This document shows positions 30,217-39,720 of a stretch of DNA of 64,000 nucleotides, piece by piece. The notes beneath the pieces are model-generated. The model was not told where the DNA came from and made no database searches. It saw nothing but the letters and a program-made list of their open reading frames with translations. The translations under genes were made by a program, and so were the position numbers. Origin of the DNA: an uncultured Veillonellaceae bacterium (GTDB taxonomy: Bacteria; Bacillota; Negativicutes; JARBTT01); the NCBI GenBank assembly GCA_963805085.1, contig CAWDTA010000001.1, positions 128,001-192,000 on the forward strand, given 5' to 3'. Each line of letters starts with the position of its first letter. The stretch's first letter is position 1.

Positions 30217-31728
30217 ATGAATCGAAATGTAATCTACATAGTGCTACTGTGCTTAGTGTTGCTTTGTACAGGGACGGGCTTTGCAAACCCAACGAGTAAA
30301 CCTATTGTTGTCAATGATGGCGACAAAGGGATCATAACGAATCAGATGGCACTCATTGATGAATATGAGACTTTAATTCCGGTAGATGTCGTTAAGGATT
30401 ATATTTACAGTAATGTGCAATTTGATCGTCAACATAAACAAATGAAAGTCAAATTTTCTTTACCACGTGTTAGATTAGCAGAGCCTGATCTTTCAAAAGA
30501 ACTTTTTTCTAGTACAACATTCTTGTTGCCGTATAAAAATATTGATGGTACTAGTTACATTGATATGGAAGTTGCAGGAAAAGTATTTGGCTTTACAACA
30601 ACAAAGGATGCGGAAACAGTAACCATTGCAATCAATCAATATAGCTCTTTTGCACCATTGTTGTTAAAAGCGAGTGCAGATAGGCCAGTGATGACAGGGC
30701 AAAAGATTAATTTGATTTGGCAGCCTACTTTTGATGAGAAAACAGATGTGACAAGAGTCGATAAAATAAAGGGCTTAAATGTTGTATCGCCATCTTGGTT
30801 TGAACTTATTGATGATAATGGTGCCATTAAAAATAAAGTAGATGTAAGATATGTAAGGGCTGCCCATGTAAAGGGATATCAAGTTTGGGCGTTAATTACC
30901 AATAGTTTTGATCCGGATTTAACGAGAAAAGTGTTATATAATGAACAGGCTAAGAAAAATGTGGTCAAACAACTGGCTTTGTATGCACGCCTTTATCAGT
31001 TGGATGGTATTAATTTGGATTTTGAAAATATTTATGATGAAGATAAATATCAATTAACGCAGTTTGTAAAAGAAATTACTGACACTTTACACGGATTGGA
31101 TTTAAAAGTATCCATTGATGTGACTGTTCCCTCTGGTGTTTCGCAATGGTCGGCCTGTTATGATCGGTCAGGGCTCGGGAAAAGTGTCGACTATGTAATG
31201 CTTATGGCATATGATGAACATTGGCGTACAAGTCCAGTCAGTGGCTCTGTGGCTTCAATTGGCTGGGTAGAGCGTAGTTTATTAAATACATTAAAAGATG
31301 TACCGGCGGAAAAGCTGGTATTGGGTGTGCCTTTTTATATGCGTGAGTGGGAAGAAAATTTAGACGGCGAGAAAATTAATGTAAAAACGATGACAATGGA
31401 AATGGCTGAACAGACAATTAAAGATCATCAACTAAAACCAGAATGGCTTGAAGACAAAGGACAATATTACTTCGAATATGTAGATGGTGATAAGAAATAT
31501 CGAGTATGGCAAGAAGAGGAACGCTCAATGTCGCTTAGAGTAAAACTGATTGATCGTTATCAGTTAGCAGGAATTGCTGCTTGGCGAAAAGGCTTTGAAA
31601 AAAATGAAATTTGGCAAGTGATTGATCAAGGTCTAAATGTAAATAAACCTGAGGAAAAAATTGTAACAGTTCAAGAGGGTAAAGACAAAAAGCAGAAAAA
31701 GAATAAAAAAGATAAACGAAAACTCTAA
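30217..31728 (+). CDS. Secreted glycoside hydrolase family 18 protein
   Basis: Signal peptide; DGINLDFE catalytic motif, MAYDEH, LVLGVPFY, GIAAW. Confidence 0.87.
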   Translation: MNRNVIYIVLLCLVLLCTGTGFANPTSKPIVVNDGDKGIITNQMALIDEYETLIPVDVVKDYIYSNVQFDRQHKQMKVKFSLPRVRLAEPDLSKELFSSTTFLLPYKNIDGTSYIDMEVAGKVFGFTTTKDAETVTIAINQYSSFAPLLLKASADRPVMTGQKINLIWQPTFDEKTDVTRVDKIKGLNVVSPSWFELIDDNGAIKNKVDVRYVRAAHVKGYQVWALITNSFDPDLTRKVLYNEQAKKNVVKQLALYARLYQLDGINLDFENIYDEDKYQLTQFVKEITDTLHGLDLKVSIDVTVPSGVSQWSACYDRSGLGKSVDYVMLMAYDEHWRTSPVSGSVASIGWVERSLLNTLKDVPAEKLVLGVPFYMREWEENLDGEKINVKTMTMEMAEQTIKDHQLKPEWLEDKGQYYFEYVDGDKKYRVWQEEERSMSLRVKLIDRYQLAGIAAWRKGFEKNEIWQVIDQGLNVNKPEEKIVTVQEGKDKKQKKNKKDKRKL

Positions 31729-31796
31729 TAAATAAGACAATAAAAAACTCTTACGCAAAAAATAGATGCGTAAGAGTTTTTTTATTGTCTTATTTA
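31729..31796. terminator. Long bidirectional terminator hairpin
   Basis: taaataagacaataaaaaactcttacgca ... tgcgtaagagtttttttattgtcttattta between convergent genes. Confidence 0.85.
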
Positions 31797-32680
31797 GATA
31801 GGTTTTGTAATGTTAATGTGGCTTTGCAGAAATCAATGAAGGATTGTGCTGCTCTAGAAATATAACGATCTTTTTTCCAAGCGAGCCCGATATCAACAAA
31901 GATAGGTTCTGTTAGTGGCAAAGTTTTAATATTTGGTGTATCGTGTACGATAACATCAAGGAGAAATGCAGCGCCAACATCTGATGCAACCAAGCCTTTG
32001 ATGGTTTCAATTTGATTTGACTCTAAGACGATATTAGGATCAATATTTGCAGTTTTTAATTTCTGTAATACTAAATTACGTAGATAAGAGCCTTCTTTTA
32101 ACATAATCAAATCAATTTCTGATAAATCAGAAATCGCAAGCGAAGACTTCTCAGCAAGCGGACTTTGTAGTGGTACACAAGCTAAAATTTGATTTGTTGA
32201 CATAGGCAATAATTGTAAATTTTGTGAAGCTCCTGAAATAATAACGATACCAAAATCCAATTCATCGCGTTCTAGCTGTTCGCGAATCGCCATAGAACCT
32301 TCCTCATATAGATAGATATCTAAGTGTGAATAACGGCGTTGGAAGCTTGAAAATATTTTTGGAAATAAATAAGCACCAATCATAGAAGGAATACCAATTT
32401 TAATAGTACCTTTCTGTAATTGCTTGTAATCATTTACTTCTATTACAGCATCTTGGATATTGCGCAATGCGAGTTCAATACGATTTAAGAACACTGCTCC
32501 CTCTGGTGTTAAGGATAGCTGCTTTTGACTACGGTCAAATAGTTGAATGCCAAGTTCGGCCTCAAGCTTTTTTACAGCAACGGTAATATTTGGTTGAGAT
32601 ACACGTAGCCTTTCTGCAGCACGTGTAATGTTTTTTAAGCGGCTAGCCATTTGAAAATATTCTAATTGTCGTAATTCCAT
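31790..32680 (-). CDS. LysR-family transcriptional regulator
   Basis: MELRQLEYF..NITRAAERLRVSQP..LEAELG..LFDR. Confidence 0.93.
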   Translation of the reverse strand: MELRQLEYFQMASRLKNITRAAERLRVSQPNITVAVKKLEAELGIQLFDRSQKQLSLTPEGAVFLNRIELALRNIQDAVIEVNDYKQLQKGTIKIGIPSMIGAYLFPKIFSSFQRRYSHLDIYLYEEGSMAIREQLERDELDFGIVIISGASQNLQLLPMSTNQILACVPLQSPLAEKSSLAISDLSEIDLIMLKEGSYLRNLVLQKLKTANIDPNIVLESNQIETIKGLVASDVGAAFLLDVIVHDTPNIKTLPLTEPIFVDIGLAWKKDRYISRAAQSFIDFCKATLTLQNLSK

Positions 32681-33001
32681 CTTTTCTCTCCATTATCTAT
32701 TGTCATTTATAGTATATAATAACCCATGATTATTTAAGTATTATTATATCATATTTTAAACCAATATTATTAAATGATATTGGTTTAATTTGCATAAAAA
32801 TATTAAAAAAGTGTAAAACAATATAATAATATATAATATTATCATAAATTATTATAATAAGCCACTATTTTTATAATATTGTGTAATTTATGATAAGTAT
32901 AAAATTTTTACGGTTTTGTTTATACTACGTTTTATGCCTAGTTTCTTATATTTTTTATTTAGAAAAGCTAATATAATATTGTTTGATTAATTGTTGCTAG
33001 A

Positions 33002-33030
33002 GTATAAAAAAATAAGATCAGTACATACTA
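33002..33030 (+). promoter_or_regulatory. Putative sigmaG (forespore) promoter
   Basis: GTATA-N17-CATACTA upstream of the SASP-like gene. Confidence 0.55.
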
Positions 33031-33070
33031 TGAATGGCAATCTAAAATCAACGATTGGAGGCGACTGTGT

Positions 33071-33172
33071 ATGGCAAAGGTTATGTCAGAAAAAATGAAA
33101 TATCAGTTAGCAAACGATTTAGGTTTTGGTGATAAAGTTGCCGATCATGATTGGTCTGATGTTACTGTATAA
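33071..33172 (+). pseudogene. 5' half of an interrupted small acid-soluble spore protein (SspF/alpha-beta-type) gene
   Basis: MAKVMSEKMKYQLANDLGFGDKVADHDWSDVT(V*), paralogous to 33255-33458; SD GGAGG; homology stops exactly at the 17-bp repeat. Confidence 0.85.
33150..33166 (+). repeat. attL core direct repeat
   Basis: ATTGGTCTGATGTTACT. Confidence 0.88.
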
Positions 33173-33254
33173 CCTTTTTATAAATGAATAGCATGTGACA
33201 TAACAGTAAATAATATACGTAGGCTTCTAAAATCAATGATGGAGGTGGCTGTAT

Positions 33255-33458
33255 ATGGGAAAAGTTATGTCGGAAGAAACGAAATATAAATTAGCTCATG
33301 ATCTTGGATTTGGTGAGAAGGTCGAAGACGGAAATTGGGACGACGTTACGACGGGCGAAATAGGTTCTATGGTTAGAGAAGCTATAAAGCGTGGTAGCGA
33401 AGCAGTTGAAAAAGAAACACAAATCGAAAGTGGTTTAGCTCATCAAAATATTAAATAA
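33255..33458 (+). CDS. Small acid-soluble spore protein, SspF/alpha-beta-type-like (intact copy inside the element)
   Basis: KYKLAHDLGF..V..GNW..VTTGEIGSMVREAI; SD GGAGGTG; terminator at 33461-33505. Confidence 0.78.
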   Translation: MGKVMSEETKYKLAHDLGFGEKVEDGNWDDVTTGEIGSMVREAIKRGSEAVEKETQIESGLAHQNIK

Positions 33459-33634
33459 ATAATAAATGACCTGAAATTCATAACTGGATTTCAGGTCATT
33501 TATTGCATAATATGGCATGGTTGTCATGTTTTCTAAGGTATCATCTGTATTAAGCAAATATGTCACTGGTGGTATCTATTTTAAGTTTACATTTAGATAA
33601 TTACCAAAACTTAATTAGGTGCTTTGGTAATTAA

Positions 33635-33737
33635 TCTCTTTTTAAAATCAACTCTAGACCAAGAAAGTGCTTAGGCTGGGAATCGCCTATTTAAGTATTT
33701 TTACTCGAAGTGGCGCACGTGGCTTGACGATTCATCA
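33635..33737 (+). mobile_element. IS30-family transposase 3'-end remnant
   Basis: Translates SLFKINSRPRKCLGWESPI*VFLLEVAHVA*, matching the IS30 C-terminal NxRPRKxLGxxxP motif, with an internal stop. Confidence 0.75.
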
Positions 33738-33777
33738 TCTTTTTGAGGTCGTTATAAAATGTATAAAAATTGACACT

Positions 33778-34662
33778 TTATGAAGTTTTGTAAATTTGCT
33801 TAGTAATTTCAATGAACCCTTTTATTTCATTCCTTTCATTGCTCTTATGCCATGCAATTCCATAAGAAATTAAATTTCTTACATCCAGGGGAATGATGGA
33901 TAGTTGAGAATCTTCTGGACATACAAAGTTTGGCATCACCGCTATGCCCAGTCTTCCTTTAATCATGGTATAAGCGATGAAGGAACTGTCACCAAAATAA
34001 ACAGTGGCATTAGGACATTTTATTTGGATATCTTTTTGTACACGCGCCATTTCAGAGGGACATTTTAAAGGGTCTAGTAGAATAAGGGACTGATCCTTCA
34101 ATTCAGCCATTTTAATAACAGTTTTGCTAGATAATGGATGGTCTTTAGGTGCCACACAGACAAATCTTCCAATAAAAAGTTCTGCGTAACCAACCTCTGA
34201 TAAATCTTCAATACTTTCTTTGACAGTAAAAATCAAATCGAAATTATAATTTGTAAATAGATTTCTTTTTTCCTTAGAATCAGCTATTTTTAAATAAAAA
34301 TGTACGTGAGGAAATCTTTCCCTGCAGGCATCTAATATGTTTGGAAGGTATTTTACCTCGATATTTCCGTCATAACAAACTGATAAATTAGATTCAAATG
34401 CCTTAGAGTAGTTTTTGGCCTTTGCTATTGCTATGTTTGTTCTTGTTAGAATATCTTTTATATCATTATAGAAGGAAACGCCTGCTGGAGTAAGGTCCAC
34501 TTTTCTCTTTGTTCTAATAAATAATTTTAATTTAAGTTCATCTTCCAGAGTATTAATCTGATGGGTAACAGTAGGTTGAGTGATATATAAAGATTCTGCA
34601 GTTCTAGAAAAATTAAGAGTTTCAGCTAGATGAACAAAACATCCGAGTTGTTTAATATGCAT
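33778..34662 (-). CDS. LysR-family transcriptional regulator (element cargo)
   Basis: MHIKQL..F..LAETLNFSRTAESLYITQP..LEDEL; ATG 34662 after AGGAG. Confidence 0.92.
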   Translation of the reverse strand: MHIKQLGCFVHLAETLNFSRTAESLYITQPTVTHQINTLEDELKLKLFIRTKRKVDLTPAGVSFYNDIKDILTRTNIAIAKAKNYSKAFESNLSVCYDGNIEVKYLPNILDACRERFPHVHFYLKIADSKEKRNLFTNYNFDLIFTVKESIEDLSEVGYAELFIGRFVCVAPKDHPLSSKTVIKMAELKDQSLILLDPLKCPSEMARVQKDIQIKCPNATVYFGDSSFIAYTMIKGRLGIAVMPNFVCPEDSQLSIIPLDVRNLISYGIAWHKSNERNEIKGFIEITKQIYKTS

Positions 34663-34859
34663 GTTGACTATTCTCCTGTACTTATAGAAATTATTTATTA
34701 ATAATAACATATTTCAATTTCCGTTCCAAACAGAAAAGCGTTAAGATTAGTAATAAATAAAGGGAAAGTTATTATTTGCTAGAAGGGTTTAAACCCAATT
34801 AATAACTTATTGTATTATTTGTTTATAGCTTTAATAAAAAATAGGCAGGAGGGAAAAAT

Positions 34860-35819
34860 ATGAGATATATTGTTACAGGAGCAGATGGGCAATTAGGTGG
34901 AAGAGTAGCAGCTAACCTACTGAATGAAGTATCTGGAGAACAATTAATTTTTACATGTCCCGTTTTAAATCGGTTATCAAAAGAGAAGGCAGAGGCTTGG
35001 AAAAAACAAAGTGTTGCATTGAGAGAAGCAAACTATGATAACAAGGAGCAAATGACAAAAGCCTTTAAAGGTGGTGATCGTATTTATATTGTATCTGGTG
35101 TAATAATTGGACCAGAACGTGTACAGCAACATAAAAATGTAATTGATGCTGCTATTGCAGCTGGGGTAAGCCATATTACATACACATCATTCTTAGGTGC
35201 TAATCGTGAAGGGTACACTCAATATGTATTACCAGATCATACGGAAACAGAAAAATATTTACGAGAGACTGGCGTAAATTATAATATTATGAGAAATAAC
35301 CTTTATATGGAAAACTACTTAACTAATTCTGTTATGCTAGCTAACATAAGCGACAACAAGTGGGTAACTACAGCAAGTGATGGAAAAGCAACATTTATTG
35401 CAAAAGATGATAGTGGTCGTGTTGCTGCTGCATTATTATTAGGTAAAGGAGAGCATAATAAGGATTATGATGTAACAGGTGGAGAATTGATCAGCCAGCG
35501 TGAAATCTGTAAGATGATTATTGAAGCATCAGGTATTGATTATGAATATGTGATAGTTAATAATGATGAATTTTATAAGTATTTGGATTCAATATATATT
35601 CCTCGTGATTCACATGGAGATTACTCAAAATCACCTGTTCCATGGTGTAGTAATGACATGGTAACTAATGAATCAAGTATTAGAGATGGTTTAATGGCAA
35701 TTAAAACAGATACAGTTGAAAAATTGACAGGTAGAAAACCATTGCGCGTTTGTGACCTAATAGATAAATATAGCTATGTATGGAAAGAAAAAGTAAGTAG
35801 CTATTGGGAATTAAGATAA
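34860..35819 (+). CDS. NmrA/QOR2-like atypical SDR NAD(P)H-binding oxidoreductase (element cargo)
   Basis: VTGADGQLG, QHKNVIDAAIAAGVSHITYTS, H..TE; divergent from the LysR gene. Confidence 0.87.
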   Translation: MRYIVTGADGQLGGRVAANLLNEVSGEQLIFTCPVLNRLSKEKAEAWKKQSVALREANYDNKEQMTKAFKGGDRIYIVSGVIIGPERVQQHKNVIDAAIAAGVSHITYTSFLGANREGYTQYVLPDHTETEKYLRETGVNYNIMRNNLYMENYLTNSVMLANISDNKWVTTASDGKATFIAKDDSGRVAAALLLGKGEHNKDYDVTGGELISQREICKMIIEASGIDYEYVIVNNDEFYKYLDSIYIPRDSHGDYSKSPVPWCSNDMVTNESSIRDGLMAIKTDTVEKLTGRKPLRVCDLIDKYSYVWKEKVSSYWELR

Positions 35820-35875
35820 ATCACAACACGCATGATCTACTTGGTATGTTCAAAAAGGTTATTCAGAAACATCTC

Positions 35876-35943
35876 ATTGGTCTGATGTTACTACAGGGGA
35901 AATTGGATCAATGGTATGTCGAATCAATATACAAAATAAATGA
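35876..35943 (+). pseudogene. attR repeat plus 3' half of the interrupted SASP-like gene
   Basis: WSDVTTGEIGSMVCRINIQNK*, matching WDDVTTGEIGSMV of the intact paralog; followed by terminator 35946-35988. Confidence 0.8.
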
Positions 35944-36162
35944 ACAAAAATAGCCCCAAAGTTATAAATGAACTTTGGGGCTATTTTTATAGATAAAGAC
36001 TGAGAACAACTTCGCTTTAAATATTATATTAAATAACTTAAGTGAAAAGTGTCTATTTATGTAAATGAAATAATAATGCTAATAGTTAAATGTGGTAATT
36101 ATTAGTAGAATGATCGGAAGAAATAGCGTATTCGTGGTAGTAAAACGGTTGAAACATTGTGC

Positions 36163-36309
36163 CTGTCGCTTGATTACTTTTTTGAAAGAAAATATTCTAA
36201 GTGATTTTAACTATAGACGAAACGAATACCAAACATGCGATATATGAATTTTACGAATGCGTTTATTTCTTGTATAATCTGAACATAAAGGAATCCGTGT
36301 TTTACATTT
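36163..36309 (+). repeat. Promoter module copy 2 (shared with region upstream of lutC)
   Basis: Near-identical to 22560-22694. Confidence 0.9.
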
Positions 36310-36433
36310 TGCACATTATTGGCGATATTATTGTAATAATGATTAATGAAAGTGGCGATACGGTTCTTTTATCTATGATTTTAGTCATACATAAACTAAT
36401 TTTTATACTTGTTATTTGTAGCAATGGAGAGGA

Positions 36434-37630
36434 ATGATAGCAATGTTAACAAAAATGGCTTTAAAACTAGCCTTAAAACAGTGGAAAAAAGGTGGATTTT
36501 CTGTGGCTTTTTGGGATGGAGAGGAAGAAAACTATGGTGAGGCTCCTCCGTCTTTCAAGATAATTTTTCATAAAGAACCTCCCTTAAAACTTAATAGTGC
36601 AGACATGATTTTAGCTATCGGGGAAGCTTATATGAATGGACTTGTCGACTTCGAAGGATCAATGGATGATATTATGCATGTAGTTGCGCTTAATACCAAG
36701 CCAGAGCGATCGCAAAAGTATAGTCACTTTGTAGGCGATAGGGCCAACTGTAAAATTCAGAAGGAAAATATCCATCGTCATTATGATTTAGGAAATGACT
36801 TCTTTTCGCTTTGGCTGGACAAGACAATGAGTTATTCCTGCGCGTATTTTAAGACACCAGAGGATTCCTTGGAACAGGCGCAATTGCAAAAAATTGATCA
36901 TATTCTTAAAAAACTGAATCTTAAGCCTGGTGAAAGATTATTAGATATTGGCTGTGGCTGGGGCTGGCTGATTATCAGGGCTGCACAGCAGTATAATGTG
37001 AAAGCTACCGGAATTACATTGAGTACCGAACAATTTGCCGCAGTAACAGAACGGATAAAGAAATTAGGTTTGGAAGATCAATTGGAAGTTAAATTGATTA
37101 ACTATCAGGAACTTGATTCTGCGAAACTGCAATTTGATAAAATTGTAAGCGTAGGTATGTTTGAACATGTAGGAAAGGGAAACTTGGGCTGTTATATGAA
37201 TAAGGTTAACGAGCTTTTGGTGCCCGGTGGCATATCCTTGCTGCATAGCATTACTGGCATGTTTGAAGATTCTGCCAATACATGGATGGAAAGGTATATT
37301 TTCCCTGAAGGTTATGCGCCATCATTGCGTGAAACAGTTTGGCTATTGCCGCAATATGATTTTCATCTAATACATGCGGAAAGTTTACGTATGCATTATG
37401 CGAGGACTTTGGATTATTGGTACGTTAATTTTTCCAAACAGTTAGATACGGTTCGCCACATGTTTGATGAATGCTTCATTCGTATGTGGTCACTCTATTT
37501 ACAAGGCTGCGCTGCTGCCTTTCGGACATCGGGCCTTGATGTCTATCAACTGCTCTTCACCAAAGGGTTAAATAATGAACTGCCGCTAACTAATGCCCAC
37601 ATGTACAGTGAATACACGAAAAGGCAGTAG
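36434..37630 (+). CDS. cfa: Cyclopropane-fatty-acyl-phospholipid synthase family methyltransferase
   Basis: HYDLGNDFF.LWLD.TMSYSCAYF, LDIGCGWG, SVGMFEHVG, HYARTL. Confidence 0.92.
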   Translation: MIAMLTKMALKLALKQWKKGGFSVAFWDGEEENYGEAPPSFKIIFHKEPPLKLNSADMILAIGEAYMNGLVDFEGSMDDIMHVVALNTKPERSQKYSHFVGDRANCKIQKENIHRHYDLGNDFFSLWLDKTMSYSCAYFKTPEDSLEQAQLQKIDHILKKLNLKPGERLLDIGCGWGWLIIRAAQQYNVKATGITLSTEQFAAVTERIKKLGLEDQLEVKLINYQELDSAKLQFDKIVSVGMFEHVGKGNLGCYMNKVNELLVPGGISLLHSITGMFEDSANTWMERYIFPEGYAPSLRETVWLLPQYDFHLIHAESLRMHYARTLDYWYVNFSKQLDTVRHMFDECFIRMWSLYLQGCAAAFRTSGLDVYQLLFTKGLNNELPLTNAHMYSEYTKRQ

Positions 37631-38086
37631 ACAAAATAAGTTCATGAAAACAGCGTCGAAGTTTATTTATAACTTCGACGCTGTTTTTATATAGAAAAAT
37701 AGGTAGTATCTTATTCGAAGTTGTTTAATGCAATCAATGATTGCATTCCCAGATACATAATACGATAAAAAATAATAACCATTTATTGCAAATTAAAGAT
37801 AAATACTATATAAATCCTAGCATAATTTTGTATTTTTATAGGTATAAAGTTCGAATAATGCTAACTTTTGCAGGATAATTAGAATAAATAGCGTATCTGT
37901 AATTATATGATTTACTTCTATTTTGTGGTAGGTCAAATATTTTTAAGGATAAAAATATTAAAAGGACTAATTGGTTTATCATAAGTGCTGTTAGGCTTTA
38001 TTTCCTATTTTTTTTCTACATATAGACAATGGGATTTATAAAATGATAAAATTAATTAGTGTTTCTAGTAGAGGAGGACATTTATT

Positions 38087-38872
38087 TTGCAAAATACAAC
38101 AGCAATTGGTGTAGTTTTGGGGGTACTTTCAGTTTTCGTAGGAATGGTTCTTAAAGGTGCGCCATTATCGGCCTTGAATAATCCAGCAGCATTTTTGATT
38201 ATTATTGGTGGTACAGTTGCGTGCTTGTTTACTGGTCATACAATGGAACAAATGAAAAGGATGCCAACATTAATTAAAATGGCATTTAAAGCGCCAAACA
38301 CACGTCCAAAAGCAGAGTTATTGAAGCTATTTATTGAATTGTCACAAATAGCAAGACGTGAAGGAATTTTGGCTCTTGAAAATAAAGTGAATGAAATTGA
38401 AGATCCATTTTTTAAAACTGGTTTAAATATGGTTATTGATGGTATGGATCCAGAATTTGTTAGTGATGTCCTTGATGCAGAATTAGAAGTTATGGAGCAA
38501 CGGCATCGAGAAGGGGCGGCTATGTTTATCCAAGGGGGTACTTATGCACCAACACTAGGGGTGTTAGGGGCTGTTATTGGTCTTATTGCTGCACTTGGTA
38601 ATTTAAATGATATCGAAAAACTTGGGCATTCTATTGCAGCAGCGTTTATCGCTACCTTACTTGGTATTTATACAGGATATGTTATTTGGCTACCGTTTGC
38701 TAATAAATTAAAAATGTTATCGACAGTAGAAGTTGCAGAAAAGCGCATGATTATAGAAGGTGTATTATCGTTGCAAGCAGGCGATTCACCGACGGCAATT
38801 GAAGCAAAATTAATGGTATTTATTCCTCAAAATGAACGCGATTTATTAAAAGCGGACAAAGAGAGGGAATAA
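38087..38872 (+). CDS. motA: Flagellar motor stator protein MotA
   Basis: ARREGILALE, YAPTLGVLGAVIGLI, AFIATLLG; TTG start after GAGGAGG. Confidence 0.94.
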   Translation: MQNTTAIGVVLGVLSVFVGMVLKGAPLSALNNPAAFLIIIGGTVACLFTGHTMEQMKRMPTLIKMAFKAPNTRPKAELLKLFIELSQIARREGILALENKVNEIEDPFFKTGLNMVIDGMDPEFVSDVLDAELEVMEQRHREGAAMFIQGGTYAPTLGVLGAVIGLIAALGNLNDIEKLGHSIAAAFIATLLGIYTGYVIWLPFANKLKMLSTVEVAEKRMIIEGVLSLQAGDSPTAIEAKLMVFIPQNERDLLKADKERE

Positions 38873-38875
38873 ATT

Positions 38876-39640
38876 ATGTCTAGAAGGAAAAAACGTGAGC
38901 ATCATGAAGAACATATTAGTGAAGCGTGGCTTGTTCCGTACGCTGATATTTTAACATTGTTATTAGCATTGTTTATTGTATTGTTTGCCACATCTCAAAC
39001 AGATCAAAGGAAATTGACGGAGATGGCACAGGCTTTTAGTGCTGCATTTAATACGGGGGGGCCTTCGGTATTTGATAAAGCTGGACCTACGCCAAGTCAA
39101 TCTTCAGATACTCCGCCAGATAAAACGAAAGATCAGGATCAGAAATATCTAGCAGAAAATGAACAATTAAATGAAACAAAGAAAATGCTTGAACAAATGA
39201 TTAAAGAGCAAAAATTAAGTGATGAATTAAGTGCAGTACTTACCGATGAAGGATTGTCAATTCGGATTAAAGAAAAAGCGCTATTTCCATCCGGCAGTGC
39301 AACATTGTTATCACATTCTATGGAAATAGGCAAGCCAATTGCGGAGTTACTGTCGAAGGTACCACAAAAGATTGTTATTTCTGGGCATACGGATAATATG
39401 CCAATTTCCAATTCGACATTTCCGTCTAACTGGGATTTAAGTTCGCAACGGTCACTCAATTTTATGAAGTTCATTTTAACACAAGGCAATTTAGATCCAT
39501 CACGGTTTAGTACGGTTGGGCATGGAGAGTTCCGTCCGATCGCACCGAATGATACGGAAGCTGGTAGAGCGCAAAATAGGCGTGTAGAAATTTTGATTTT
39601 ACGTAATTATCAGTCGAATAATATCAAAACAATTCAGTAA
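38876..39640 (+). CDS. motB: Flagellar motor protein MotB
   Basis: WLVPYADILTLLLALFIVLFA, GHTD, NWDLS..R, NRRVEI. Confidence 0.94.
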   Translation: MSRRKKREHHEEHISEAWLVPYADILTLLLALFIVLFATSQTDQRKLTEMAQAFSAAFNTGGPSVFDKAGPTPSQSSDTPPDKTKDQDQKYLAENEQLNETKKMLEQMIKEQKLSDELSAVLTDEGLSIRIKEKALFPSGSATLLSHSMEIGKPIAELLSKVPQKIVISGHTDNMPISNSTFPSNWDLSSQRSLNFMKFILTQGNLDPSRFSTVGHGEFRPIAPNDTEAGRAQNRRVEILILRNYQSNNIKTIQ

Positions 39641-39720
39641 TAATAAAAGTAGAGCTGTTGCAAACTAGATTGCAGCAGCTCTAGTTCTATATTGGAATAG
39701 AGTTACATAGGAGGTTTACT

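Larger units (their letters stand above)
33150..35892. mobile_element. Recombinase-less integrative element (serine-integrase-type att sites) inserted in the SASP-like gene
   Basis: 17-bp direct repeat ATTGGTCTGATGTTACT at 33150-33166 and 35876-35892; inner flanks 35852-35873 and 33158-33179 are 20/22-identical inverted repeats; removing the element rejoins the reading frame. Confidence 0.82.

Noticed and set aside
36201-36437. 78-aa ORF upstream of cfa
   Set aside because: It overlaps the duplicated promoter module, has no SD, and the other copy of the module does not preserve it
37700-38080. c-di-GMP riboswitch or sigma28 promoter before motAB
   Set aside because: No GEMM core and no convincing TAAA-N15-GCCGATAT found
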